64,000 nucleotides of DNA from contig CAWJTV010000027.1 in assembly GCA_963845755.1 (NCBI GenBank), positions 160,001-224,000 of the forward strand, read 5' to 3'. The notes below the pieces were generated by a model. The model saw only the letters and a program-made list of their open reading frames with translations. It made no database searches and was not told the DNA's origin. Source of the stretch: an uncultured Planctomycetota bacterium. GTDB taxonomy: Bacteria > Planctomycetota > Planctomycetia > Isosphaerales > Isosphaeraceae. The position numbers were made by a program, and so were the translations under genes. Of this stretch, positions 37,299 to 49,000 are shown piece after piece (within the stretch, counting starts at the first letter, position 1; each line of letters starts with the position of its first letter).

Positions 37299-37724
37299 TT
37301 ACAAGTCGCCTCTGACGGATCCCAACTCCCGAACCCGCGCCGCGACCAGGGAATCCAGCAGGGGATGCGGTCCCAGGGGCAGTCCCAGTCGGAAATCGAG
37401 GTCCGGGTATCGCCGCGCCAGCTCGTCCCGGGCCGCGGTGAGGTCGCGGCGCAGGTGCACGCCCGCCGAGAGGAAGTAAGGAACTATCAGAACGCGGGTT
37501 GCGCCTCGGGAGGCACAACGGTCGCCGCCGGCTGGTATGTCGGGCTCGGCCAGCTCGAGGAAACAGGCTTCGACGATCGGGAATTCCCCGGAGGCCGAGA
37601 GGCGCGCGGCCAGCTCGATCAGGTCGTTGTTGGCCGAGGGCTCGCGGCTGCCGTGGGCGATGAGCAAAACCGCGGTGCGTTCGGAGGACGATGTCGGAAT
37701 TGCCGGGATTTCTCGAGAATCCAT
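37299..37724 (-). CDS. cbiX: CbiX/SirB-type sirohydrochlorin chelatase (single domain)
   Basis: LLIAHGSR, CFLELAEP, PYFLSAGVH and PLGPHPLL. Confidence 0.88.
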   Translation of the reverse strand: MDSREIPAIPTSSSERTAVLLIAHGSREPSANNDLIELAARLSASGEFPIVEACFLELAEPDIPAGGDRCASRGATRVLIVPYFLSAGVHLRRDLTAARDELARRYPDLDFRLGLPLGPHPLLDSLVAARVRELGSVRGDL

Positions 37725-37768
37725 GTTCCACCTCGCCGAATCGTACGCGGCCTGGGCCGCCGGTCAAT

Positions 37769-38367
37769 TCAGGAGACCGAATCCGGAGCCACGTCCAGCT
37801 CCTGGCGGAGCCTGGCCAGGGCCCGGACCCAGAGCATGCGCACGGCGCCGACGCCCCGCCCCATGCGGCCAGCGACTTCCTCGTGGGAAAGCCCTTCGAC
37901 GTTGCGTAAGAGGATGATCTCGGCGTAGTCGGCCGGGAGTCGGGCGAGGGCGTCGGCCAGGCGAAGCTCCAGCTCGTGACGGCCGGTGCGCTCGCTCGGT
38001 GATGACTCCGGAGCCGCCAGCGCCGCGCCGAGCCGCCGCGATGATTCGGCCAACGCCTCTTCCAGCGGGACCTCACGGCCGATATCGCGCCGCTGGGCGC
38101 CGCCATAGCGCCGCACCTCGTGCAGCAGGACGTGCGCGAGGATCTGTCGGAGCCAGGCGGCCAGCTCGGCCTCGGTCCCACCCCGGAACTGGGGCCAATC
38201 CCGCACCGCTTCGAGCAAGGTCTGCTGGACGATGTCCGACGGGTCGAACTTGCGCGGAACCTCGGCTCGACCTGGAGCCGGGCCAGGAGTCCCAGCCAGC
38301 TCCGATGACGTTCGAGCTCGGCGATGCGGATCGGTTGATTGTTGACATTCTCATGCGATTGACTCAT
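37769..38367 (-). CDS. Planctomycete ECF sigma factor (TIGR02984-like); indel near 38250
   Basis: LERHRSWLGLLARLQV, DPSDIVQQTLLEA, AWLRQILAHVL and EVAGRMGRGVGAVRMLWVRAL. Confidence 0.9.
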
Positions 38368-38371
38368 GGGA

Positions 38372-41300
38372 TCACGACGGGTTCATGGCAACGGCCCGTC
38401 TCTTCCTCCATCGCTTCCACACGTATCGCGCCGTTCCGCGTACGACCCACGCGATCATCGCCAGGACTCCCACCAGATAGAGGCCGGGAACCAGCAAAGC
38501 GTGCCAGCCGGACCAGGTGTAATGCTCAATGGTAGGCATCCTCTGACGATCGAACCACCACCAATACGCCCCCAGCCCGGCCGTCACCAGGACGCTCAGG
38601 ACGGCGATCGTGACGAGCCGCCACCAGCGCCGACGGAGCAGGCTCGAGCCGATCATGATGACGTAGACGACCACCGGCAGTCCGCCCAGCGTGGCCAGAC
38701 TGAATCCCGCGATCGCTTGCGGGGCCGACGCGCCGGCCATCGACGGCGACACCGACAAGAGCGCCAGGAACATGGCCATCGGGATCGCGACGACGGCCGG
38801 CAGGGCCATCAGCAACCGCACGCCCCAGACGCGGCGCCGGGTCGCGAGCCTCAAGATGAACAGGGGTACGACGACGTTGATCGTCGCGAGCCCGGCCAGG
38901 CCCAGGAAGAGCCAGGGAGGGATCAGGCCCCCTCCGCCGGTTGACCACGGAAGCGGTCGCGCCGCAGCGCGGGTCGTCTCGGGCGAGGCCGAGCGCTACG
39001 GGCGTCCCTCGGGCTGGCTCGCAAGTGCCCTCAGGCGTGGTGGGCAAAACCAGGCTACAGATCGTCGTGTCATCGTCGGTCGTCAACAGGAGTGGCGACT
39101 GTGCCGCGCTGCCCGGCTCGAGCACTCTCGAAGGACGTCCCTTCCAGCACGGGCGACCGGTCGCGCCGTCGAGGGCCACCATCGAGTTGAGAACCACGGT
39201 CGCTGGTCGTCCCGCCTGAGCCGGGATCACGTGGTGGACCGGCTCCCGACTCGGCCGGGACCACAGTTCCGCGAGGTCGCCACGGCGTGCATACAGTCGA
39301 TCATCACCCTGGAGGAGCAGCTCATCGCGGCCGTCGCCGTCGAGGTCGGTGCAGGCCGCGATCTTCCCGAGCTTTCCTGCCGGTTCGGGACTCAATCGCT
39401 CGTGGCCCTGGGCGTCGAGGATCACGACCTGTTTGCCGAAGTCGAAGCAGACTTCCCGGCGGCCCTTGCCCTCGAAATCGGCAAGGTAGAGCGGCGCGCC
39501 CTTGATGGACGGACCACGAACGTCCCCGCAGCGCGAGATCCAGCGGGTGGCGCCATCGCGGCCATCGAGCGCGGTCGCCTCGGCGACCGGCGGGGTGCCT
39601 TCAGTTGACCGATCTCCGACGATCACTTCGGCGCGGCCATCACCGTCGAGGTCGCCAACCACATACGCGGCGCTCTGGTCCCGGATCGGATGAGCCCAGA
39701 GGGTCTTGCCGTCGCGGAACGATAAAGCACGCAGTTCGAGGGGGGTCGGCCCGGCGCGGGAGTCGCGAAGGTCCGCAAAACGACGTCAAGGCTGCCGTCG
39801 CCGTCAAGGTCGCCGTACTGATGATCGAAGCCCATGTGCTTCGCCAATCCCGCCTAGTGCTCCGCCAGGAGGATATCCCAGACGACTCGTCCATCGCGCC
39901 CCGAGAGCCGTGTCAGATGGGTCTGCGGGACCTGGGAGCCTGGCGCCGTCGAGCTGACTCTCGCCTTGCGGGTGGTGTGCATCACCAGCAAGTCCGCGAT
40001 GCCCGTGGCCTTGTCGATGCGAACATCGATCCCTTCGACCTAGGAGTACCCGAAGGCTTGGGACCCCAGCGATGGCAACGGACCAGCCCCCCAGAGCCGC
40101 CGGCCGGAACGCCCCGAGAGGACCTGGATCGGCAGGATTGCGGTCCCCCTGGCGTCCCCACGGCCTCCGTCCTCTCTCTTGACGACCACCACCTCCGGCG
40201 CCCCATCGCCGTCGAGGTCGCCTGCGGGGAGCGGGAAGGTCGAGAGGGTCGAGTGTGACGCCATCTGGGGACCGAGCCAGGCTTCCCAGTTGAGCGGGCT
40301 CTCGGCGTCGTCGAGCGTCCTGGTCCAGAGTGCGCGGCCATTGCGGCCTGAGCGGGCCAAAGCCGTGCGGCTGTTCATCTTCACCTTCTCGAAGGCGTCC
40401 CAGATCTGCAGCTCGACCGTCATGGCATCGGCGATGCCGTCGCCGTCGAAATCGCCGGCTGGAATCAATTCGTCAAGACTCCGCCACGCCTCCGGCGGCT
40501 CGGCGCGGAACGCCCGGAGCTTGCCGTTGACCGAGCCCCAGAGATCCGCGATGCCGTCGCCGTCGAGATCGGCGAGCCTGGGCCAGGACAGGCCATCGAT
40601 CGTGTGCAGCGTGCGGCCCGTCGAGGCTTCCAGGAGACGTACCGCAGGCGGCATGGGGTGGTACAGCGGGCTCGTCGGGTCGTCCTCTCCCGGCACCTTG
40701 CCGCCGAGGGGGACCACCAGCAAAGGCCAGCCGTCGGGCCCGCGCCCCCACCAGATCGGCGGCCAGAGTCGGGGCACGGAGTAGTCCGTCACATCCTCGT
40801 GCCACCACCAGAGCGGATGGCCGTCTTTGCCGGAGAGCGCGTTCGACGTAGACCCGCGTCCGATCGAGCGGGCCCTCCATGGAGTAGGTGCCTGGGCTCC
40901 GGCCGTAGTAGCGTGAGACCGCCACGAGGTCGCGGGTGCCGTCGCCGTCAAGATCGGGTGCGGCGATCAGGTGGGCCAGGCCGTCAGGCCAGCGCGGGTC
41001 GGGCCGCATGGGGCGAACCCATCGCGTCTGGCCAGTCGCACCCTCGAGCAGCCGCACTCCCCGATAATCCTTGCACTGCGGGAGGATGCCCGAGTCGGGC
41101 ACCACAACCTCCTGCGCGGCCATCGCCGTCGAGGTCGCTGACCAGCGGCCAGGCGTCCGCTGCGGCGGCACGAGGCGTCTGGGATTCGAAGCCGGAGACC
41201 GGCTCGAGCCAGAGTGGCTCGCGCGTCACGATCGAGTGGGCGTTCAGGGTTATCGAATTCCCCTTCGGCGCCAGTCCCATCGCCAGGACTTCGGGCGAGC

Positions 41301-43717
41301 CATCGCCGTCGAGGTCCGCATGCTGGACGGGCCGGACGGGTGTGAAGCCGAAGTCGATGGTCCGGCCGTGGGGCTTGCCAGTCAGCGGATCGAGTTCGGT
41401 CCACTGCGAGCCGACGACTTGCGCGACGATCGGTCCCCTGCGGCCCGGCACGACCACGACCTCGGTGTCGAAAGCATCGAATGGCGTCGGCGTCCCGGAC
41501 CCGCGGTTCAGGCGATCCCACAGCCAGGGCCGCGACTTCGTCGTCGCGTCGAGCGTCCGGGACCACAAGGTGCGCCCCGTCCGGCCCGAGATGGCCGCGA
41601 TCACGCGACGGCCCGGCTGGTTCTTCTCGAAGTGAGTCACGCTCCTGTCGGCACCGAACGAGAAGGCGCTTCCGGTCGGGTCGTCGAACACGAAGAAGAG
41701 GGCGAGGAGGTTGACTACGCCGTCGTCGTCGGCCTGGACCAGGATCGGCGACCCGATGACCCGCCCGCCCTCGATGGCCGGTTTGGGCTTCCCTCCGCCC
41801 GCCGTACCAGCTTCCTCAAGGGCCTTGTCGAGCTCGTCCGGGCCGCGCGAATCCGGGCCGCGGAGACCGTTGACGGCGGGCGAGTAGGTCCAGAGCATCG
41901 ACCCATCCCGGCCGGAGACGGCCAGGAGCGAGGGGGTCCGGGCGAAGGCCATGACGACGTCGCCGGTGCCGTCGCCGTTGAGGTCGGGTGAAGGTTTGAC
42001 CAGCGTGCCAGGTCGTTCGCCATCGTTGATGGTGATGAGTGCCAGCCTTTGCATCCAGGCGAACGCGTCGTGACCGAGGTCCGCGGGCCCTCCCCGCCGA
42101 TCGGCATTCCAGATCACCTCGCCCGTCGAGAGGTCGCGGCGGAGCAACGTCTGGCCGGTCCACTCGATGAAGTCGGCCTTGCCCGGTTTCAGCACCAGGG
42201 CGTCCCCGGCCGGCGGATAGGGGATGGACATCTCGCCCAGCAGACAGTTCTCGTCGAGCGCGAGGCGATAACTCCGGGTCTCTCCCCGGTGGACCGCAAG
42301 GCGGTACGTTTGACCGAGCAGTCCCATCCCCTGAACGCGCAACCAATAATCGCCCGCCGGCAGGGCAAGGGTGGTGTGGGTGCCGAGGTCGAACGGCTCG
42401 CCGATGGGCTCGTCGCCCGACTCGGGGAGCACCACCGACGTCAAGGCGGGTCCGGTCGTGGACAGGACCACTCGGCCGAGCCGCCAGTCGCTGTAGAATC
42501 GCCAGCCGAAGACCGCGCCGGCCATCAGGAGCATCGTGGCCGCCACGACGAGGGCGCCGGTGGCCAGGGCCTTCTTCCGCTTGCGGACGTAGCGCACCAC
42601 GATCGCGAGTGCGTGGGCGCGGCGGGCGCGGATCGGGCGGCCGTCGCGCACGGCGCAGGTCCTCGGCGAGCGCCTGGGCGGTCGCATAACGCTGTCCCGG
42701 TTCCTTGGCCAGGCAGGTGAGGATGATCGTCTCCAGGTCGCGGGGCAGCTCCGGGCGGATCTGTCTCGGCCGCGCCGGTTCCTCGGTGAGGATCTGGGCG
42801 ATCACGCCCATGGGGGCGGTCGCATCGAAGACGGGCCGGCCGGTGGCGAGCTCGTACAGCGATGCGCCCAGGCTGTAGACGTCCGTGCGGTGATCGATCG
42901 GCCGCCGGACCGATTCGGCCTGCTCCGGGCTCATGTAACGCGGCGTGCCCATCAGCATCCCGCACAGGGTGAGAGTCACCTCGTCGGCGCACTTGGCCAG
43001 GCCGAAGTCGGTCAACCAGACGACTTCCTCGGCGTCGAGCAGCAGGTTCGACGGTTTGATGTCGCGATGGATCACCCCGCGCTGGTGGGCATGAGCCAGG
43101 GCCTCGGCCGCCTGAAGGCCCCAGCGCGCGATGTCCGTGGGCGGCAACGGCTTGCTGGCCTGCCGGGAATCGGCCAGGACATCCGCCAGGCTGCGCCCCT
43201 GGATAAACTGCATCGCGTAGTAATGGACGCCGCGCTCGCTGCCGATGGCGAAGATCGGCACGATGTTGGTATGGTGCAACCGCGCGACGGTCTCGGCCTC
43301 GCGATGGAACCGCTGCATGGCCTCCTCGTCCGCGACGGCGCCGAACCGGAGGACCTTCAGGGCCACCCGACGGCGGAGCGAGGTCTGCTCGGCCTCGTAG
43401 ACGACGCCCATGCCGCCGCGGCCGATCTCGCGGATGATGCGGAAATCGCCGAGCGCGGCCGGTTCCTCGATAGCCGGGCCGGTCGCGCGGTGGACGAACT
43501 CGATGCCGGCCAGGCACGCATCGAGCTGCACGGCCAGCTCCGGATGGCCCGCAAGCAGTTGGTCACGGTCGGGAGTCCTGCCGGCCTGGAGGTCGGCCAT
43601 GTAGCGGTCGAGGATGCTGACGATCGCCGCGGCCGAGCCGGTGGGAGTCGCCGTTTCCTGCGCGTGCCGATTGTTGGGATCCGGTTGGTCGATCGTGCCA
43701 TCGTCGGGCTGGGTCAT
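38372..43717 (-). CDS. Large Ser/Thr kinase - TM - FG-GAP/PQQ-like propeller region - C-terminal multi-TM protein; several indels
   Basis: REIGRGGMGVVYEA, HRDIKPSNLL, DFGLAK, GTPRYMSPEQ; a TM helix; many DLDGDG repeats; hydrophobic C-terminus. Confidence 0.85.
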
Positions 43718-44351
43718 CGTCGGCGATCCCGGCGGTTTCGGAATCCAGTGCGGGAGAACCCCGATGGTCCTTCCCATCATCAATAGGGCCGATCGCCATG
43801 CGGATGTCACGCGCCACGTATCCAACGACCACGGCGGAACGAACGCCCTGGCTCCTCAGTCAGTGGGGACGCATTTTCGCGACACCCGGCGCATTCGCTG
43901 GGCGTGGTGCCGGTCGATGCACTGGGATCAGTCCACCGGTTTTGACGTAACCTTCGTTGTTGCTTGGAATTCGGGCGGAAAACCGGTGTCACGAATTGGC
44001 AATAAAGTGACCACTTTTCGGCGCGTCTCCCGCGCCGGGCGCTCGGTTCTCGATGTGCGGCGGAGCGGGTCGGCCCGGGAACTGGGGTTCGTGAAGATGG
44101 GAGGAAGGCCTGGGTGAGTCGGGGACACCGGGGCGAGCGAACCTAGACCGCTCGCGCACGCACCATCCCTCTATAGTATTAGTATAACGCAACTTTTCGA
44201 ATCCGTTAATGCACCTATTGGGGGATTGGCCCAATTTCTCGACGCAACCCTGGATACGACTGAAATATAGAAATTCTCGTGGAAAAAAATGTGCTGTGGA
44301 TTGGATCTCCCGAACCGGCGCGGATCCGGTTGACAGTGGAACCCGCGCCTC

Positions 44352-44372
44352 ATATATTTGGCTATGCGGATG
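44352..44372 (+). promoter_or_regulatory. Putative ArsR operator overlapping the arsR start
   Basis: ATATATTTGGCTATGCGGATG resembles the site upstream of arsM; TTGACA lies just upstream. Confidence 0.5.
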
Positions 44373-44723
44373 AAGCAGCAGACCGATCCTCTGGACGGAT
44401 GCGTCGAACTCTTCAAGGCGTTCGCCGATCCGGTGCGGCTCCGGCTACTCAACCTGCTGGCGGAGGGCGAGGTGTGCGTCTGCCATCTGCATGAGGCCCT
44501 GGGCCTGCCGCAGTCCACGGTGTCCCGCCACCTGGCGTATCTGAGGAAGCGGGGTTTGGTGGTGGGCCGGAAAGAGGGGCTTTGGGTCCATTACCGGCTG
44601 GCGCGGCCGGTGGGCGACCTGCATCGAAACCTGATCGGCTGCGTCGGGGTGTGCTTCCAGGACATCGATGCCTTGAAACAAGACCGGCAGAGGCTCGATC
44701 ACGACCCTTGCTGCGAGGGCTGA
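44364..44723 (+). CDS. arsR: ArsR/SmtB repressor
   Basis: FKAFADPVRLRLL, EVCVCHL, QSTVSRHLAYL and C-terminal CC. Confidence 0.93.
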   Translation: MRMKQQTDPLDGCVELFKAFADPVRLRLLNLLAEGEVCVCHLHEALGLPQSTVSRHLAYLRKRGLVVGRKEGLWVHYRLARPVGDLHRNLIGCVGVCFQDIDALKQDRQRLDHDPCCEG

Positions 44724-44743
44724 GGCCAAATTTTTTTGACCCA

Positions 44744-44764
44744 ATATATCCGCTCAGGCGGATG
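44744..44764 (+). promoter_or_regulatory. Putative ArsR operator upstream of arsM
   Basis: Palindrome ATCCGC-TCAG-GCGGAT preceded by ATAT. Confidence 0.55.
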
Positions 44765-44784
44765 CAATTCGGAGGGAATTGACG

Positions 44785-45558
44785 ATGGAAGGCGAGGAAA
44801 TCAAGGCGGCGGTCAAGGAGCAGTATGGCAAGGTCGCCAAGGGTGAAGCCACCTGCGGATCGCTGTGCGGCTGCACCGACAACGCCGAGGGGTTGGCGAT
44901 GACGTTCGGTTATTCCGCCGCCGAGCTGGCGACGTTACCCGAGGGGGCCAATCTCGGCCTGTCTTGCGGCAATCCGCAGGCGGTCGCGGCCATGCGGCCG
45001 GGGGAGACCGTGCTCGATCTCGGCAGTGGTGCGGGTTTTGACTGCTTCCTGGCCGCTGGCAAGGTCGGTTCGACCGGGCGCGTGATCGGCGTCGATATGA
45101 CCGACGCGATGCTGGAAAAGGCCCGTGCGAACGCCGAGCGAACCGGCCTCGGCAACGTCGAGTTTCGCAAGGGCGACATCGAGGCCCTGCCGGTCGAGGA
45201 CGATTCCATCGATGTGGTGATCAGCAACTGCGTGCTGAACCTCGTGCCGGACAAAGATCGGGCATTCCGGGAGATCCATCGGGTCCTGAGGCCCGGCGGG
45301 CGACTGGCGGTTTCGGACATGGCCTGGGAAATCGAACCTCCCACCTCGGTCCGCAAAGACCTCGAAGCGTTAGTCGGCTGCATCGGCGGGGCCCTCGTGC
45401 TCGACGACTACATCGCTCGGCTCAACGGGGCCGGATTCGGCCGGGTCGACGTCGATCGGCATCCTGAAGCGGCCCGCAAGATGGCCGAGGTTTCGGGTGT
45501 GGTTCCCCCACCCGGGTCCGAGCACCTTCTGAGCGTCAACATCACGGCAACCAAATGA
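44785..45558 (+). CDS. arsM: Arsenite S-adenosylmethionine methyltransferase
   Basis: ANLGLSCGNP, VLDLGSGAGFDCF, VISNCVLNLVPDK and VGCIGGA. Confidence 0.93.
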   Translation: MEGEEIKAAVKEQYGKVAKGEATCGSLCGCTDNAEGLAMTFGYSAAELATLPEGANLGLSCGNPQAVAAMRPGETVLDLGSGAGFDCFLAAGKVGSTGRVIGVDMTDAMLEKARANAERTGLGNVEFRKGDIEALPVEDDSIDVVISNCVLNLVPDKDRAFREIHRVLRPGGRLAVSDMAWEIEPPTSVRKDLEALVGCIGGALVLDDYIARLNGAGFGRVDVDRHPEAARKMAEVSGVVPPPGSEHLLSVNITATK

Positions 45559-45573
45559 GGAGCATCCCTGGTC

Positions 45574-46575
45574 ATGTACCTTTCACTCATCGCGGCTCTG
45601 GCCCTGGGGGCCGGCTCGCCGGCAGGGGGCGACATGGGTCCGTTCGTGCGGGCTTTGTGGCTGATCCAGCGGTACGGTACGGCGGATGCCGCCGATCCGG
45701 CAAACGATCAGAGGGTCAAAGGGGCGTTATTCAAGGGACTCGGCAAGGACGGAGAGCTGACGTTTACGGAATTGGAAGGATTCATGGAGCCCGAAACCTT
45801 CAAGAACCTCGCCGGTTCGGACGACCGGATCGACCCGGCGGAGATCAAGAAGGCGGTGGAAATCGCCGGGCCGGAATGCCGGGAGCGGCTGCTGCCCAAG
45901 GTGAGAGAGTATGCCGACTTTCTCACGACATCATTCGACCAGATCGATGAAACGCACCGGCTGGCCGGTCGGAGGCTGGTGGATTGGATCGCCAAGAATG
46001 ACCGGCCGGGCCATCGGCTGGATGTGATCGTCGTTTGCACGGGCAATTCCCGCCGGAGCCTCCTCGGGGCAACGATGGGCAACGTGGCCGCCGCCTATTG
46101 CGGGATGCCGGAAATCCGCTTTCATAGCGGCGGCACGGCTCCGACCGCGTTCAATATCCGCACGGTGAATACGCTCAGGGAGATCGGCGTCGAGGTGGTG
46201 CCGACCGGCAAGGAAGCGGCGAAGGGGGAACCGCAGACGGCCAATCCCATGTACCGCGTTCGCTGGGGGAATCCCGAGACGGGCGGCATGCCGTTGGAAG
46301 CGACCGAGTATTCCAAGCATTACGCCGATCCCGTCAATCCGCAGCAGGGCTTTGCCGCACTGATGGTGTGCAGTGAGGCCGATGCCGCGTGCCCGTTCGT
46401 GAAGGGCGCGGCCCTGAGAGTGTCGATGCCGTATCTCGATCCGAAAATCTATGACGGCGGTGCCTACGAATCGGCCAAGTACTCCGAGCGGCGGGACGAC
46501 ATGGGGCGGCTGATGTTGTCGGTGATGATGCAGGTCCGCAATCGCCGTCAATCCAAGGGCAATGCCGATGAATGA
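45574..46575 (+). CDS. Signal peptide + EF-hand-like region + ArsC/LMW-PTP-like domain
   Basis: MYLSLIAALALGAG; KDGELTFTE and SDDRIDPAE; VCTGNSRRS P-loop; MVCSEADAACPFV and YLDPK. Confidence 0.75.
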   Translation: MYLSLIAALALGAGSPAGGDMGPFVRALWLIQRYGTADAADPANDQRVKGALFKGLGKDGELTFTELEGFMEPETFKNLAGSDDRIDPAEIKKAVEIAGPECRERLLPKVREYADFLTTSFDQIDETHRLAGRRLVDWIAKNDRPGHRLDVIVVCTGNSRRSLLGATMGNVAAAYCGMPEIRFHSGGTAPTAFNIRTVNTLREIGVEVVPTGKEAAKGEPQTANPMYRVRWGNPETGGMPLEATEYSKHYADPVNPQQGFAALMVCSEADAACPFVKGAALRVSMPYLDPKIYDGGAYESAKYSERRDDMGRLMLSVMMQVRNRRQSKGNADE

Positions 46576-46737
46576 GTCGCCTGCCAACTGCCATCCGCAA
46601 GCGGCGGACCGCGTGGTGTTTCCACCTGAATTGTTGCCGGCAGGGCTTCTTGATGGTAAAGCTGAGAGGAAGGCTGGATTGCCCCTGGCCTTTCTGCGGA
46701 ATCCAAGCCCCGATCGAATGACCCTTGGAAAGTTCGT

Positions 46738-46941
46738 ATGGCTACCATCGACGAACGATCCCCTCAAGCGGACCTGGAAGAAGTCTGCCGGCTCATCGCG
46801 GCAGGCAAGAAGGTCACCGATCCGGATTTGCTGAAACGCATCCAGGAGCGCTCGGAGCAGGCGACTCGCGAGGTCTTCGAGAAGCACGGCCTCCTGGACG
46901 TCGCCGTCGATCTGATCCGCAAAGGCCGCGACGAGGAATGA
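46738..46941 (+). CDS. Putative VapB-type antitoxin
   Basis: 67-aa ORF ending AVDLIRKGRDEE, with ATGA overlap to the PIN gene. Confidence 0.7.
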   Translation: MATIDERSPQADLEEVCRLIAAGKKVTDPDLLKRIQERSEQATREVFEKHGLLDVAVDLIRKGRDEE

Positions 46942-47346
46942 AATACGTCCTCGATTCCAACGTGGCTCTGAAGTGGGTGCTCCGCGAGAGCGACTCGGAC
47001 AAGGCCCGCCAAGTCCGGGTCGATTACCAGCTCAAGATTCACGAACTGCAAGCACCGGACGTCTTCCCGATCGAAGCCGCCCATGCTCTGGCGCGATCCG
47101 AGCGGAGAGGGATCATCACGCCAGCTCAGGGACCGATGTTCCTGGCAGGCATCCTGGCCAGCCAACCGCAGCTCCATCCCTACGTCCCTCTTCTGTGGCG
47201 AGCGTACACCATCTCATCCCAGGCTCGTATCGGCGTGTACGATTGCCTCTATGTGGCGTTAGAAACGGTCCGAGAAGCGGATCCGGGGTTTGTAGGGTGG
47301 GTGAAACCCACCAGAATCGGGATACTTCCTGGTGGGTTTCACCCAC

Positions 47347-49000
47347 CTACCCCTTCCAACATGCTGAGTTAATTATTATAACCTCTTTGGCTGGGATGGT
47401 TTTCGTTCCCGATCACGGAGGGCTACCTATGTCTCCCAGGCTGATTGATCTCGATGGGCCGACGAAGCGCTGCGGACGGACCTCCCAGCCGGTGGTGCCA
47501 CCCCCGCGCCCCGCCGCCCGGCTGGATCTCCTCGACCCTGCCCCTCCACTCATCGCGGACCTCCCGGCCATCCTCAATCCCTGCATTCAGGAGTCCCCGG
47601 CCACCGTGATGACCCGTATCACCCTGGATTGGCTCCTCCAGGGCACCCCCTTCGACCTCCTCTTCGAGCAGTCCGCCGAGGGCGAATACTGCCGCGAGTT
47701 TACCCTCGAGCACCTCGTGTTGGTCATGCTCGACGTCGTCTGTGGGTTCAACCCCTCCACCCGCTCGGCGTTCCTGGGGCGCCAGCTCCAACTGATCGCC
47801 TCGCTCTCGGCCTTCTACGGCAAGCTCAATCGCCTGAGCCCGGCCATCACCGCCGCGGTCGTCCGCCACACGGCGATCCGCTGCCGCGCCCTGATCGAAG
47901 GCGGCGGGGGCCTGCTGCCGGAGCCGATCCCCGGCTACTGCGCCCGCATCCTCGACGGCAACGTCCTGGCCGGGACCGACCATCGCCTGACCCCGACGCG
48001 GACCACCTGGTCGGCCTGTCTGCCCGGCAAGTCGCTGGCGATCTACGAGCCGGCCAGCGGCTTGATCACCGATCTGATCCTGGAGGAGAACGCCCACACC
48101 CAGGAGCGCAACCTGCTCAAGGAAGTCCCCGTCTCGGCCGGCGAGCTGTGGATCCTCGACCGCAACTTGTGCGTCCGCACCTTCTTGTTCCGCATCGCGC
48201 GAGCCGGCGGGTCCTTCCTGGCACGGCGGCACCAAACGACGTTGCCCTACGAACCAGCCGGGCCGCGGCAGTCGCGGGGCGCTGCCCGACCGGCAAGGTC
48301 CACGAGCAGCCGATCCTCGTGGACGATCCCGAGACGCCCGGGGCGGCGCATCGCCTGCGGCTGATCATCCTGGAATTGGACGAGCCGACGCGGGAGGGGG
48401 AGACGGAGATCATCCTGGTGACCAACCTGCCCGAGGATGTCTCGGCGATCGACTGCTGCGCCGCGTACCGGGGCCGCTGGGGGATCGAGGGCCATTTCCA
48501 GGTGCTGACCGACCTGCTGAATTGCGAGATCCCCACGCTGGGCTACCCGCGCGCGGCACTGTTCGGCTTCGGGATGTCGGCCGTGGCCGGCAACGCCCTG
48601 GCGGTGCTCAAGGGCGGCCTGCGGGCGGAGCACGGCCGGGAGATGGCCGCAGAAGTGTCGAATCATGCCGTGGTCACCGAGGTGGCGCGGATCTACCCGG
48701 GGATGATGACGGCGGTCCCGCCGCGACTGTGGCCGGAGCTGAGCGATCGCCCGGTGCAGGAGGTGGCGGATTTGCTCAACGAGTTGGCGGCTCGGATGTC
48801 GGTGGAGTGGATGCTCCGGGTACGACGCGGGCCGAAGAAGAAGAAACCGCATCGGAGCAAGGGGGACCGAAACCATCATTTGGCCACCAAGAAGCTACTG
48901 GACGAGGCCAAGGGGATGTGCCCGCCCAGAGCGGGGTGAGGCGCAACCCACATGGCATCAAGAGTTTGATTATAACGAGTTTGCATGTTGGAAGGGGTAG
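47347..49000 (+). mobile_element. IS4-family insertion sequence (1654 bp)
   Basis: Perfect 18-bp inverted repeats CTACCCCTTCCAACATGC / GCATGTTGGAAGGGGTAG; 10-bp target duplication TTTCACCCAC at 47337-47346 and 49001-49010. Confidence 0.93.
47429..48939 (+). CDS. IS4-family DDE transposase; indel near 48280
   Basis: ILDGN, WILDRN, ILVTNLP and YRGRWGIEGHF (YREK-like). Confidence 0.9.

Noticed and set aside
37050..37300. Riboswitch or tRNA between degT and cbiX
   Set aside because: No recognisable cobalamin-riboswitch or tRNA motifs; only a REP half-site and a purine-rich stretch.
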